Assembly (NCBI GenBank): GCA_038087875.1
Contig: JAXLNO010000253.1
Span: 1 to 64,000 of the forward strand
Direction: 5' to 3'
Origin: Malacoraja senta
Lineage: Eukaryota
DNA length: 64,000 nucleotides
Below are positions 12,572 to 25,780 of this stretch, piece after piece. The translations under genes and the position numbers were made by a program. Position 1 is the first letter of the stretch, and each line of letters begins with the position of its first letter. The notes beneath the pieces were generated by a model. It saw only the letters and a program-made list of their open reading frames with translations, ran no database searches and was not told where the DNA came from.

Positions 12572-15500
12572 ATCATCGTCAAAAAAGGAGGTTGAAGGAC
12601 ACATCAGAACCATCCACACTGATGTTAAAAGATGAACCGATTTTTGTCCCTGCTGACATCCCACCAATCTCACCCCCACAACATCAATTTGACACCAACC
12701 CTCCCAAGCTGAGTGAGGTAAAAGATGTAGTGAGGAAGGCAAGAACGGCCTCTGCACCAGGCCCTAATGGTGTTCCGTATTGTGTCTACAAGAATACCTC
12801 AGATATTCTGAAATTCCTCTGGAGGAACATGAGGGTTGCGTGGGAAAAGGAAGTCATCCCCAAAGCCTGGCGAAGAGCGGGGCGAGGCCCGATCCCAAAA
12901 GAAAAAAATTCTTCCACCATCGCACAGTTTCGGCAAATAAACCTTCTTAATAAACCTTTCATAGCAAAAGGATTTGAGTATAGGAGCAGGGAGGTTCTAC
13001 TGCAGTTGTACAGGGTCTTGGTGAGACCACACCTGGAGTATTGCGTGCAGTTTTGGTCTCCAAATCTGAGGAAGGACTTTATTGCCATAGAGGGAGTACA
13101 GAGAAGGTTCACCAGACTGATTCCTGGGATGTCAGGACTTTCATATGAAGAAAGACTGGATAGACTCGGCTTGTACTCGCTAGAATTTAGAAGATTGAGG
13201 GGGGATCTTATAGAAACTTACAAAATTCTTAAGGGGTTGAACAGGTTAGATGCAGGAAGATTGTTCCCGATGTTGGGGAAGTCCAAGAGAAGGGGTCACA
13301 GCTTAAGGATAAGGAGGAAATCTTTTAGGACCGAGATGAGAAAAACTTTTGTCACACAGAGGGTGGTGAATCTGTGGAACTCTCTGCCACAGAAGGTAGT
13401 TGAGGCCAATTCATTGGCAATATTTAAGAGGGAGTTAGATGTGGCCCTTGTGGCTAAAGGGATCAGGGGGTATAGAGAGAAGGCAGGTACAGGATACTGA
13501 GTTGGATGATCAGCCATGATCATATTGAATGGCGGTGCAGGCTCGAAGGGCCGAATGGCCTACTCCTGTACCTATTTTCTATGTTTCTATGTTTCTTTGT
13601 TAACATAGAGGGCAAGATCTTTGTCAGTGTGGTGGCGAAAAGACTTAAAGTATCTGAAACAAAACCATTTCACTTATACGTCAATCCAAAAGGCTGGCAT
13701 AGCAGGCTTCTCGGGATGCCTTGAACATACCAGCATCATAGGGCATCAAATCCAGACCGATAAGAAAGAACGAAAGAATCTGCATGTCTTGTTCCACGAT
13801 CTGGCCAACACCTATGGATCAGTTCCTCATTCACTACTGTAGACTGCTTCTGAATTCTTTCAGGTACTTGCAATAATAACAAATCTGGTAAAAAACTACT
13901 TCCAGGACATGCAATTTTGTCTCACAACATCAGACTTCACCACAGCGTGGCAAGCACTGGAAGTAGGCATCATGGCGGGGTGCACCATCTCCCCATTGAC
14001 CTTCACTATGGCAATGGAACTCATTATCAGAGCATCAAAATGGGTTGTGGGAGGAAAACGGCTACAGTGTGGTCAGCGATTGCCACCGGTACGAGCCTTT
14101 ATGGATGATATAACAACACTAACAACAACTATCCCCTGCACCAAGAGACTTCTGGAAAAACTTCATCAAAACATCACATGGGCAAGGATGAAGATTAAAC
14201 CCAGCAAGTGCAGAAGCATCTCCATTGTCAAAGGTCAAGTCAAGGATCAAAGATATCATATTGACGGAATACCTGTTCCAACTGTTTCAGAAATGCCAGT
14301 GAAGAGTTTGGGCCGATGGTATGATGCAAAGCTCAAGGACACCGAGCAGTTTGAACAACTGAAAAAGGATACCATCATGCACATAGCTCGCATCAACAAG
14401 ACCTTGCTACCAGGAAAACTCAAGCTGTGGTGCTTCCAATTTGGCATACTACCAAGAATCATGTGGCCTTTAACTATGTATGAAATCCCCATCAACAAAG
14501 TGGAAAAGCTGGAAAGAATGCTCAGCACACATGTGAAACAGTGGCTTGGACTTCCACGATGCTTAAGTGTTGTCGGACTGTACGGGAGTGGCAAATTGGA
14601 ATTACCCATTGCAGGACTTGTGGAAGAGTTCAAATGCACTAAAGCAAGGTTGGTCATGACCCTCACTGAATCTGAAGATACTGTTATTCGAACAGCGGCC
14701 CCCAGTGTGGCAACGGGGAGGAAGTGGGCCCCATCTGAAGCCGTTCAGAGCGCTAAGTCTTCTCTTCATTTCCGGGATGTGGTTGGTCAAGACCAACACG
14801 GGAGAGCCGGGCTCGGGCTCATCCCAAAAGCTCCTCAATGGCACAAGGCAACATCAGTGCAGAAGAGACGGCTTGTGGTGGAGGAGGTGAGAAGACGGGA
14901 GGAGGCAGAGCGACACGCCAAGGCCGTCTCAATGGCCAAGCAGGGCCAATGGACTAACTGGAAGAGCCTGGAAAAGAGGAAACTCAGCTGGCGTGACATC
15001 TGGCAAATGGAAGGATCTCGGCTCAGTTTTGTCATCAGAGCCACTTATGTTCTACCCTCACCCCAGAACCTGAAGCAGTGGTTCAGAGAAGACCCCACTT
15101 GCTCCCTTTGCCAAGCACCTGCATCACTAAGGCACATTTTAACAGGATGCACTATGAGCCTTGGCCAAGGGCGTTACACTTGGCGGCATAACCAAGTTCT
15201 CAAACAGCTGTCATCAATCTTTGAACAGAGGCGAACGATCACAAATGCTTCCCCACCAACATCGGCAGGAAATGTCCACTTCACAACATTTGTACCAGCA
15301 GGCCAACCTCCAGAGCACCAGATAACATCAATGGATGCAGGCATTCTGCAGCCTGCTTGGGATTGGAAAATGGAAGTGGACTTAGAAAAAAGGCTTGTGT
15401 TTCCCCCAGACATTGTGGCTACAACACTTTGCCCAGACATGGTCCTGTGGTCCACAACAGCCAAGTTGGCATATGTTGTGGAATTGACAGTTCCATGGGA

Positions 15501-15843
15501 AGATGGTGTTGAAGAAGCTTATGAGAGGAAAAAGACCTAGTACTCTGAACTGGCAACTGAAGCTTCCCAGGTGGCTGGAAGACCAAGATTTTACCTGTCG
15601 AATCGGGATGCAGGGGATTTGTTGCTACATCTATGACCAGGCTATTAAAGAAAATGGGGGTGAGGGGTCGCTCCCTCCAACAAGCAATTAAATCATTATC
15701 AAATTCTGCAGAAAAAATCAGCAATTGAATTTGGATCAAAAGGAGAGACAACAATTGGGCTGCAAGATGAAGACAGGAGTGTACGGAATTGAGGGGGGTG
15801 TAACTGGGACACCAGGTAGCACCGTTGAGCCCTCTGGAGATGT
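12572..15843 (+). mobile_element. R2/Hero-like element, copy C (543-aa ORF 13909-15540; split by CR1 12957-13599)
   Basis: Longest open stretch covering RT, CCHC and REL motifs; still has the shared stops HSLL* and ERKKT*. Confidence 0.87.
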
Positions 15844-17255
15844 TAGAAACATAGAAACATAGACAATAGGTGCAGGAGTAGGCCATTCAGCCCTTCGAGC
15901 CTGCACCGCCATTCAATATGATCATGGCTGATCATCCAACTCAGTATCCTGTACCTGCCTTCCCTCCATACCCCCTGATCCCTTTAGCCACAAGTGCCAA
16001 ATCTAACTCCCTCTTAAATATAGCCAATGAACTGGCCTCAAATACCTTCTGTGGCAGAGAATACCACAGATTCACCACTCTCTGTGTAAAAAATGTTTTT
16101 CTCAACTCGGTCCTAAAAGATTTCCCCCTTATCCTTAAACTGTGATCCCTTGTTCTGGACTTCGCCAACATCGGGAACAATCTTCCTGCATCTAGCCTGT
16201 CCAAACCCTTAAGAATTTTGTACGTTTCTATAAGATCCCCCCTCAATCTTCTAAATTATAGCGAGTACAAGCCAAGTCTATCCAGTCTTTCTTCATATGA
16301 AAGTCCTGCCATCCCAAGAATCAGTCTGGTGAACCTTCTCTGTACTCCCTCTATGGCAAGAATGTCTTTCCTCAGATTAGGAGACCAAAACTGTACGCAA
16401 TACTCCAGGTGTGGTCTCACCAAGACCCTGTACAACTACAGTAGAACCTCCCTGCTCCTATACTCAAATCCTTTTGCTATGAATGCTAACATACCATTCG
16501 TTTTCTTCACTGCCTGCTGCACCTGCATGCCCACTTTCAATGACTGGTGTACCATGACACCCAGGTCTCGTTGCATCTCCCCTTTTCCTAATCGACCACC
16601 ATTCAGATAATAGTCTACTTTCCTGTTTTTGCCACCAAAGTGGATAACCTCACATTTATCCACATTTTACAATTCAAAGCATATTATTTTGTGTTAGATT
16701 GTAGTTTAAATAATTTTCATTCACAACCCCATAAGGCCATTAAACTAATTATTTTCCTTGAGTGATGTGATGCAAGAATAGTCCATGATTTGCCGGAAAA
16801 GATAATACATTTTCATAAAGTTTACAGTAAAATCTGGAATAACCCAACTGCACCTTTTTATGGTCTGCTAAAAAGCTTTTAACATGTACTTCCTAATTCT
16901 TTTCCAGAGAACCCTACTCACTTTCACACATGGAGATGCCTGTCTCCCTCGAACAGAAACAGCTGTGGATGAAGGGAGAGAGAGAGAGAGGCTCAGAGAC
17001 ATGGGTCTGTAATATCTTTTGATGTAGACTCTTATCTGTATGTTAATGGCGTTTTTTCCCTGTTTGAGATTGTTTTCATTTTTGTTTGCTTACTCCCACA
17101 TTTTGTAGTGGGTGATAGTTAAACACCTTAGAATCCATTTGATTCTCACCGTTTTTGTTCATTTTAATATAATTCCATAGCATCATGACTTTAATGTACT
17201 ATTTCCTTCATCATGAAACACCAAATAGAGGATGCGATCTACTCACATCTTACAT

Positions 17256-18329
17256 TAGGAAAAGGGGAGATGCAACGAGACCTGGCAGGCAGTGACTAGT
17301 GGGGTACCGCAAGGCTCAGTGCTGGGACCCCAGCTATTTACAATTTATATTAATGATCTGGACGAGGGAATTGAAAGCAACATCTCCAATTTTGCGGATG
17401 ACACTAAGCTGGGGGGCAGTGTTAGCTGTGAGGAGGATGCTAGGAGACTGCAAGGTGACTTGGATAGGCTGGGTGAGTGGGCAAATGTTTGGCAGATGCA
17501 GTATAATGTGGATAAATGTGAGGTTATCCACTTTGGTAGCAAAAACGGGAAGGCAGACTATTATCTAAATGGTGGCCGATTAGGAAATGGGGAGATGCAG
17601 CGAGACCTGGGTGTCATGGTACACCAGTCATTGAAAGTAGGCATGCAGGTGCAGCAGGCAGTGAAGAAAGCGAATGGTATGTTGGCCTTCATAGCAAGAG
17701 GATTTGAGTATAGGAGCAGGGAGGTTCTACTGCAGTTGTACAGGGTCTTGGTGAGACCACACCTGGAGTATTGCGTACAGTTTTGGTCTCCAAATCTGAG
17801 GAAGGACATTATAGCCATAGAGGGAGTGCAGAGAAGGTTCACCAGACTGATTCCTGGGATGTCAGGACTTTCATATGAAGAAAGACTGGATAGACTTGGC
17901 TTATACTCGCTAGAATTTAGGAGATTGAGAGGGGATCTTATAGAAACGTACAAAATTCTTATGGGGTTGGACAGGCTAGATGCAGGAAGATTGTTCCCGA
18001 TGTTGGGGAAGTCCAGGACAAGGGGTCACAGCTTAAGGATAAGGGGGAAATCCTTTAAGACCAAGATGAGGAAAAACTTTTTCACACAGAGAGTGGTGAA
18101 TCTCTGGAACTCTCTGCCACAGAGGGTAGTTGAGGCCAGTTCATTGGCTATATTTAAGAGGGAATTAGATGTGGCCCTTGTGGCTAAAGGGATCAGGGGG
18201 TATGGAGAGAAGGCAGGTACGGGATACTGAGTTGGATGATCAGCCATGATCGTATTGAATGGCGGTGCAGGCTCGAAGGGCCGAATGGCCTACTCCTGCA
18301 CCTATTTTCTATGTATCTATGTATCTATG
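17256..18329 (+). mobile_element. CR1 LINE, 5'-truncated, specific to the third spacer copy
   Basis: ORF 17292-18230 with FADD; TACAT on both flanks; empty site in spacer copies 1 and 2. Confidence 0.95.
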
Positions 18330-19164
18330 TACATCTCACAATCATTTGCTGTGCCTTTTAAATGTAAAATAATTTAACCTCAGAAAATAAGACAAACCGC
18401 ACTGTGAATGTGAAAGTTTTTATTCATCTTGTTCAATAAATAAAGGCCATTTTTACACATCTTGATAAATGGAGCACCACAGCAAACAACGGTGGTTTGC
18501 AATAGGGCTTACCGCACATGTCAATTAGCAAATGAAACACAAAGAAGTTTTTCCAGTATTTCTTATCATTCAGCTGACAAATGAAGCACCAGCCTACATT
18601 CTGACAATAAAACAGACAATGCAATGAATTCAAGGACTATTTTTGCAGATCTACCTACACTAATCAGACCAGCAGATGCATGATAAATACTACTTTATGA
18701 ACAAACATCTGCAATGAAATTATTTACACAAAAATGAAAATAAAAATCCACACTTAAACTGAAATCAAACAAAGTTAGCAGGATTTAAACTAAACATAGC
18801 ATTCACTGATCTTGTCTGCATATAGGTTCTCCTCATGCACTGGTGTACCTGTTGTCTGCTGTCCCTCAAATGACTTAGTTCTGCCACGGCACACTGCCCA
18901 GTGCTGAGATAGTGTGAGCAGAGATGGTCCCTCTGCTCTTTTGCACTCTCAAGGGCCTGTTCCACTCAAACAAGTTAATAAGATGACCAGCCGTGTACAA
19001 AGCCATGCTGGCTATCCCTAATTAGTCCATTTTCTTCCAAATGGGAGTAAATCCTATCTTGAAGAACTCTTCAATACCTTCCGTACCACTGAAGTGACGC
19101 TCACGAGTCAGGATGAAGAGTACAAATTACAGCAGGAGATACAATCAGCATGTAAGAAAGGCCA

Positions 19165-19628
19165 TGTTACAGGGAATTTCAATATGCAGGTAGACTGGGA
19201 AAATCAGGCTGGTACTAGATCCCAAGAGAAGGAATTTGTAGTGTGACTGCGAGATGGCTTCTTAGAGCGGCTTGTGGTTGAGCCCACCAGGGAAAAGGCA
19301 ATTCTGGATTCGGTGTTGTGCAAGAACTGGATTTGATTAGGGAGCTTAAGGGAAAGGAACCCCAAGGAATTTGTGACATAATATGATAAAATTCAACCTG
19401 CAGTTTCAGAAGATGAAATCAGATGTGATGGCATTACTGTAGAGTCAAGGTAACTGTAGAGGCATAAGTAAGGAGGTGGCTATTGTTGAGTACAAGGCGA
19501 TCCAAGCAAGAATGATTGTGGAACAGCAATGGCAGAAGTTTCTGAGAATAATTTGGAAGTTGCAGGATCTTTTCATCCCAAAGAGGAAGAAAGATTCTGA
19601 GGGAAGAATGAGGCGACTGTGGCTGACT
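19165..19628 (+). mobile_element. Old CR1 ORF2 endonuclease-region fragment
   Basis: Degenerate GNFN...DW, FLE..V.EPTR.KAILD motifs. Confidence 0.7.
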
Positions 19629-20255
19629 AAAGGGGCTGTCCCACTTGGGCCACCTAATCCGCGATGGCAGTAAAAATACAACTCCTGCTGTTTGCAGCAG
19701 GCCTTTTGCTTCTGCAGCCTAAAGGCTGATGGGCAAGAACAAGGGTGAAGAGGAAGCACAAGAAGAGGTCTCAGTGGATGAAGCCCCTCTTGCAAAGAAG
19801 ATTCAGGCTTGGACAGTATGAGAGCCTGATAAATGTGCTGCATGAGGAGGATTTGTCTGCTTTTAGAAACGTCACAAGAATACCCCCTGACCTGTTTAAT
19901 GACAAACATGGGCCCTCTGCTGAAACAAAAAGACACCTATATGAGAAAGCCACAGGAACCAGGCCTGTGCCTAGCCATCACCCTCCGCTGTGGGCCAAAT
20001 GGATTCTTGGGGTGACAGCTCAGTCACTCAAGCCTGATGTGCTGGCAGCTCACTCACGGCTGGTGGGCGAGCAGTTGAGTCACGGCTATTCCTTGAAATT
20101 CCACTTCAAGCAGGGTGCAAGGCCACCAAATTCAAATGCAGTTTCATGCCATTTCAAGCAGGGTGCAAGGCCACCAAATTCAACTGCAGTTACCTACCAC
20201 TTCATTTCAAAGCAGTTACCACCACCAACAACCGTTTGCAGTGGGGCAATTCTGG
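19629..20255 (+). mobile_element. PIF/Harbinger transposon remnant
   Basis: Begins AAGGGGCTGTCCCACTTGGGC (Harbinger-like end); broken ORF WMKPLLQRR...FRNVTRI...KDTYMRK...LAITLR resembles a Harbinger transposase N-terminus. Confidence 0.6.
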
Positions 20256-21305
20256 ATTTAGTATTATGTAATGAACCGGGTTTGATAAAGGACCTCGACG
20301 TTAATGAGCCATTAGGAGGCAGTGACCATAACATGGTCAGGTTTAAGCTACAATTGGAGAGGGAGAAGAGTAGATCAGAGGTGTCAGTATTGCCGTTGAA
20401 TAAAGGGGACTGTGGGGCCATGAGGGAGGATCTGGCCAAAGTTGACTGGAAAGATACCCTAGCAGGGATGACAGTGGAACAAAAATGGCAGGTGTTTCTA
20501 GGAATAATACAGAAGGTGCCGGATCAGTTCATTCCTAGGAGGATGAAAGATTCCAAGGGGAGAAAGGGACGACCATGGCTGACAAGGGATGTCAGGGACA
20601 GTATAAAAATTAAAGCGAAGAAGTACAACGTAGCAAAGATGAGCGGGAAGCAAGAGGATTGGGTAATGTTTAAAGAACAACAGTAGATAACCAAAAAGAC
20701 AATACGGGGAGAAAAGATGAGGTACGAAGGTAAGCTAGCCAAGAATATAAAGCAGGATAGTAAAAGCTTCTTCAGGTATGTGAAGAGGAAAAAATTAGTG
20801 AAGACTTGAAGTTGGACCCTTGAAGACCGAAAAAGGTGAATTTATTATGGGGAACAAGGAAATGGCAGATGAGTTGAACAGGTACTTTGGATCTGTCTTC
20901 ACTAAGGAGGACACAAACAATCTTCCTGATATAGTAGTGGCCAGAGGATCTGGGGTGACAGAGGAACTGAAGGAAATCCACATTAGGCAGGAAATGGTGT
21001 TGGAAAGACTGATGGGACTGAAGGCTGATAAATCACCAGGGCCTGATGGTCTGCATCCCTGGGTACTTAAGGAAGTGGCTCTAGAAATCGTGGATGCATT
21101 GGTGATAATTTTCCAATGTTCTATAGACTCAGGATCAGTTCCTGTGGATTGGAGGGTAGCTAATTTTATCCCACTTTTTAAGAAAGGTGGGAGAGGGAAA
21201 ACAGGGAATTATAGACCAGTTAGCCTGACATCGGTGGTGGGGAAGATGCTGGAGTCAATTATAAAAGATGAGATAGCCGAACATTTGGATAGCAGTAACA
21301 GGATC

Positions 21306-23640
21306 ATATAACCATATAACCATAACAGCACGGAAACAGGCCATCTCGGCCCTTCAAGTCCGTGCCAAACATTTAAAAAAAAATTAAAAATAAATTCTTC
21401 CCCCTAGCCCCATCTACCTGCACTCAGACCATAACCCTCCAGTCCTTTCCCGTCCATATACCCATCCAATCTATTTTTAAAGGATAACATCGAACCTGCC
21501 TCCACCACTTCCACTGGAAGCTCATTCCACACAGCTACCACTCTCTGAGTAAAGAAGTTCCCCCTAATGTTCCCCCTAAACTTCTGTCCCTTAATTCTCA
21601 AGTCATGTCCCCTTGTTTGAATCTTCCCTACTCTCAATGGGAAAAGCTTATCCACGTCCACTCTGTCTAACCCGCTCATAATTTTAAAGACCTCTATCAA
21701 GTCCCCTCTTAACCTTCTGCGCTCCAAAGAATAAAGACCTAACTTGTTCAACCTTTCTCTGTAACTTAGTTGCTGAAACCCAGGCAACATTCTAGTAAAT
21801 CTCCTCTGTACTCTCTCTATTTTGTTGACATCCTTCCTATAATTAGGCGACCAAAATTGTACTCCATACTCCAGAATTGGCCTCACCAATGCCTTGTACA
21901 ATTTTAACATTACATCCCAACTTCTATATTCAATATATTCATTGTGTACCTTCTATATTCAATGCTCTGATTTATAAAGGCCAGCACACCAAAAGCTTTC
22001 TTTACCACCCTATCTACATGAGATTCCACCTTCAGGGAACTATGCACAGTTATTCCTAGATCAGATTCAGATTCAGATTCAGATTCAGATTCAACTTTAT
22101 TGTCATTGTGCAGTGTACAGTACAGAGACAATGAAATGCAGTTAGCATCTCCCTAGAAGAGCGACATAAATATGAGCAGTAAATAAATAAATCTAATAAA
22201 TCCTGGTGGGAGGAGTGTCCGGGGGGGGGGGGGGGGGGGGTGTGATTGGCAGTCACCGAGGTACAGTGTTGAGTAGTGTAACCGCCGCAGGGAAGAAGCT
22301 GTTCCTGGACCTGCTGGTCTGGCAACGGAGAGACCTGTAGTGCCTCCCGGATGGTAGGAGGGTAAACAGTCTGTGGTTGGGGTGAGAGCAGTCCTTGGCG
22401 ATGCTGAGCGCCCTTCGCAGACAACGCTTGCTTTGGACAGACTCAATGGTGGGGAGTGAGGAACCGGTGATGCGTTGGGCAATTTTCACCACCCTCTGCA
22501 GTGCTTTCCGGTCGGAGACAGAGCAGTTGCCATACCATACTGTGATGCAGTTGGTAAGGATGCTCTCGATGGTGCAGCGGTAGAAGTTCACCAGAATCCG
22601 AGGAGACAGATGGACCTTCTTTAGTCTCCTCAGGAAGAAGAGACGCTGGTGAGCCTTCTTGACCAGAGTTGAGGTATTGTTGGTCCAAGAGAGGTCATCG
22701 GAGATGTTGACCCCCAGGAACCTGAAGCTGGAAACACGTTCCACCTCCCTCCCGTTAATGTGGATGGGGGTGTGCATGCCGCCCCTAGACTTCCTGAAGT
22801 CTACAATGAGCTCCTTGGTCTTCTTGGAGTTAAGGGCCAGGTTGTTGTCAGCGCACCATGCTGCTAGGAGCTGGACCTCCTCCCTATAGGCCGACTCATC
22901 GTTGTTGCTGATGAGGCCAATCACCGTTGTATCATCTGCATACTTGATGATGGTGTTAGTACCATGTACAGGTGTGCAGTCGTAGGTGAAGAGGGAGTAG
23001 AGGAGGGGGCTCAGCACACAGCCCTGTGGAACGCCAGTGTTCAGGGTGAGGGTTGAAGAGGTGTGCTTGTCTAACCTAACAGACTGGGGTCTGTTGGTTA
23101 GAAAGTCCAGTATCCAGTTGCAGAGGGAGGGGTCGATGCCCAGGTCACCGAGTTTGGTGATCAGTTTAGAGGGTATGATGGAGTTGAATGCTGAGCTGTA
23201 ATCGATGAACAGCATTCTTACGTAAGTGTCTCTGTTGTCGAGGTGGGAGAGGGCGGAGTGAAGTGCCGTTGAGATGGCATCCTCCGTACTCCTGTTCTTG
23301 CGGTAGGCAAACTGATAGGGATCCAACGTGGGGGGTAGGCAGCCTTTGAGGTGTGCCAGGACCAGCCTCTCGAAGCACTTGGCGATGATGGGAGTAAGTG
23401 CAACTGGGCGGAAGTCGTTGAGGCTTGCCGCAGTGGAGTGTTTTGGCACCGGCACGATGGAGGTGGATTTAAGGCACGTGGGCACAACTGCTTGGGCAAG
23501 TGACAGGTTGAAGATGTCAGTCCAGACGTCTGTTCAACTGCATTCCTCAATTCGCTACCATTTACCGTGTACGTCCTATTTTGATTTGTCCTGCCGAGAT
23601 GTAGCACCTCACATTTGTCAGCATTAAACTCCATCTGCCA
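21306..23640 (-). mobile_element. Second-family CR1 3' fragment nested in CR1, itself split by Rex1
   Basis: ORF 21404-21910; (TATGGTTA)n tail near 21306; 5' part [12 protein letters not shown] at 23530-23634. Confidence 0.88.
22060..23529 (-). mobile_element. Rex1/Babar LINE, 5'-truncated, open RT ORF
   Basis: 410-aa ORF 22253-23485 ([31 protein letters not shown]); (CTGAAT)n tail. Confidence 0.92.
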
Positions 23641-24889
23641 TCGGTCCGAGTCAGCATGGATTTACAAAGGGGAAATCATGCTTGATTAATCCTCTGGAAT
23701 TTTTTGAAGATGTAACTTGGAAGATGGACAAGGGAGAGCCAGTGGATGTAGTGTACCTGGACTTTCAGAAAGCATTTGATAAGGTCCCACATAGGAGATT
23801 AGTGGGCAAAATTAGGGCACAGAACATTGGGGGTAGAGTGCTGACATGGATAGAGAAGTGGTTGGCAGACAGGAAACAAAGAGTAGGGATTAACGGGTCC
23901 CTTTCAGAATGGCAGGCAGTGACTAGTGGGGTACCGCTAGTGGGGTACCGCAAGGCTCGGTGCTGGGACCGCAGCTATTTACAATATACATCAATGATTT
24001 GGATGAAGGGATTCAAAGTAACATTAGCAAATTTGCAGATGACACAAAGTTGGGTGGCAGATGCAGTTTAATGCGGATAAATGTGAGGTTATCCACTTTG
24101 GTATCAAAAACAGCAAGGCAGATTACTATCTAAATGGCGTCAAGTTGGGAAAAGGGAAAGTACAACGGGATCTAGGGGTCCTTGTTCATCAGTCTATGTA
24201 AGTAAGCATGCAGGTACAGCAGGCAGCGAAGAAAGCGAATGGCATGTTGGCCTTTATAACAAGAGGAATCGAATATAGGAGCAAAGAGATCCTTCTGCAG
24301 TTGTACAGGACCCAAGTGAGACCACACCTGGAGTATTGTGTGCAGTTGTGGTCCCCTAATTTGAGGAAGGATACTCTTGCTATTGAGGGAGTACAGCGTA
24401 GGTTCACCAGGTTAATTCCCGAGATGGTGGGACTGTCATATGCTGAGAGAATGGAGCGGCTGGGCTTGTACACTCTGGAGTTTAGAAGGATGAGAGGGAA
24501 TCTTATTGAAACATATAAGATTGTTAAGGTATTTGGACACGCTAGAGGTAGGAAACATGTTCCCGATGTTGGGGGAGTCCAGAACCAGGGGCCATAGTTT
24601 AAGAATAAGGGGTAAGTCATTTAGATCGGAGACGAGGAAACACTTTTTCTCACAGAGAGTGGTGAGTCTGTGGAATTCTCTGCCTCAGAGGGCAGTGGAG
24701 GCAGGTTCTCTGGATGCTTTCAAGCGAGAGCTTGAAAGGGCTCTTAAAAATAGCAGAGTCAGGGGATATGGGGAGAAGGCAGGAACGGGGTACTGATTGG
24801 GATGATCAGCCATGATCACATTGAATGGCGGTGCTGGCTCGAAGGGCCAAATGGCGTCTACTCCTGCACCTATTGTCTATTGTCTATTG

Positions 24890-25235
24890 CCCTCACCATC
24901 CATCTAACCAGCCGTCACATACAACAGATAATCCTCTGAGATTTTCACCACCTCCAACGGGATCCCACCACCTGCCTCATCTTCCCATTCTCCAATTTCA
25001 GGTAGTCCTTATTTTCTCCCTCCTTCCCCTTCCCTTCCCAGCTCTCCCACAGCCTACTGTCTCTGCCTCTTCCTCTCTTTTTCCCCACCCCCCCCCCCCC
25101 CAACTTCAGTCTGAAGAAGGGTCTCGACCTGAAACGTCAACTATTCCTTCTCTCCATAGATGCTGCCTCACCTGCTGAGTTACTCCAGCATTTTTCTCTA
25201 CCTTCGATTTTTCCAGCATCTGCAGTTCCTTCCTA
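24890..25235 (+). mobile_element. Penelope-like element 3'/pLTR fragment with hammerhead-like motif
   Basis: CTGAAGA-stem-GAAACGTC at 25111-25138 within a repeat also seen at 25960-26100, 39935-40130, 52550-52735, 53670-53810 and 63120-63345. Confidence 0.6.
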
Positions 25236-25237
25236 AT

Positions 25238-25385
25238 CCACACGGTGGGAGTGTTGACCACAAAGTGGACGGGCCTGCAGTGCAGCAGATCACCACACGG
25301 TGGGAGTGTTGTCCACAAATTGGACGGGCCTGCAGTGCAGTGGATCACCACACGGTGGGAGTGTTGACCACAAATTGGAGCGACC
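25238..25385. repeat. ~55-bp minisatellite, about 2.7 copies
   Basis: CCACACGGTGGGAGTGTTGACCACAAA unit. Confidence 0.85.
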
Positions 25386-25389
25386 TGTT

Positions 25390-25780
25390 ACATAGATACA
25401 TAGATACATAGAAAATAGGTGCAGGAGTAGGCCATTCGGCCCTTCGAGCCTGCACCGCCATTCAATATGATCATGGCTGATCATCCAACTCAGTATCCCG
25501 TACCTGCCTTCTCTCCATACCCCCTGATCCCTTTAGCCACAAGGGCCACATCTAACTCCCTCTTAAATATAGCCAATGAACTGGCCTCAACTACCCTCTG
25601 TGGCAGAGAGTTCCAGAGATTCACCACTCTCTGTGTGAAAACGTTTTTCCTCGTCTCGGTCTTAAAGGATTTCCCCCTTATCCTTAAGCTGTGACCCCTT
25701 TTCCTGGACTTCCCGAACATCGGGAACAATCTTCCTGCATCTAGCCTGTCCAACCCCATAAGAATTTTGTACGTTTCTAT
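25390..25780 (-). mobile_element. CR1 3' fragment
   Basis: ORF 25490-25759 and (TCTATGTA)n tail. Confidence 0.92.

Larger units (their letters stand above)
1..18943. repeat. Tandem segmental duplication, three units (<1-5761, 6918-12348, 12349-18943)
   Basis: Same order of Hero-like LINE, CR1(-) and 1.2-kb spacer (4561-5761, 11094-12348, 16669-18943) in each unit, with shared junctions and shared stop codons. Confidence 0.93.
20260..24890 (+). mobile_element. CR1 LINE (EN C-terminus to 3' tail) interrupted by nested insertions 21306-23640
   Basis: ILDLVL...GSDH, KSPGPDGLHP...NYRPVSLTS...SSNRI resumes as GPSQHGF at 23641; (TCTATTG)n tail. Confidence 0.92.

Noticed and set aside
12592..13500. 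In-frame Hero/CR1 chimeric ORF of about 300 aa (also 7160-8062) as a new fusion protein
   Set aside because: A CR1 3' fragment inserted in the Hero RT; it has no catalytic RT core or real ATG start, and it recurs only because of the segmental duplication.
19745..20686. 313-aa ORF as a host gene
   Set aside because: Patchwork of a Harbinger remnant, a short tandem duplication and CR1 endonuclease-region sequence.
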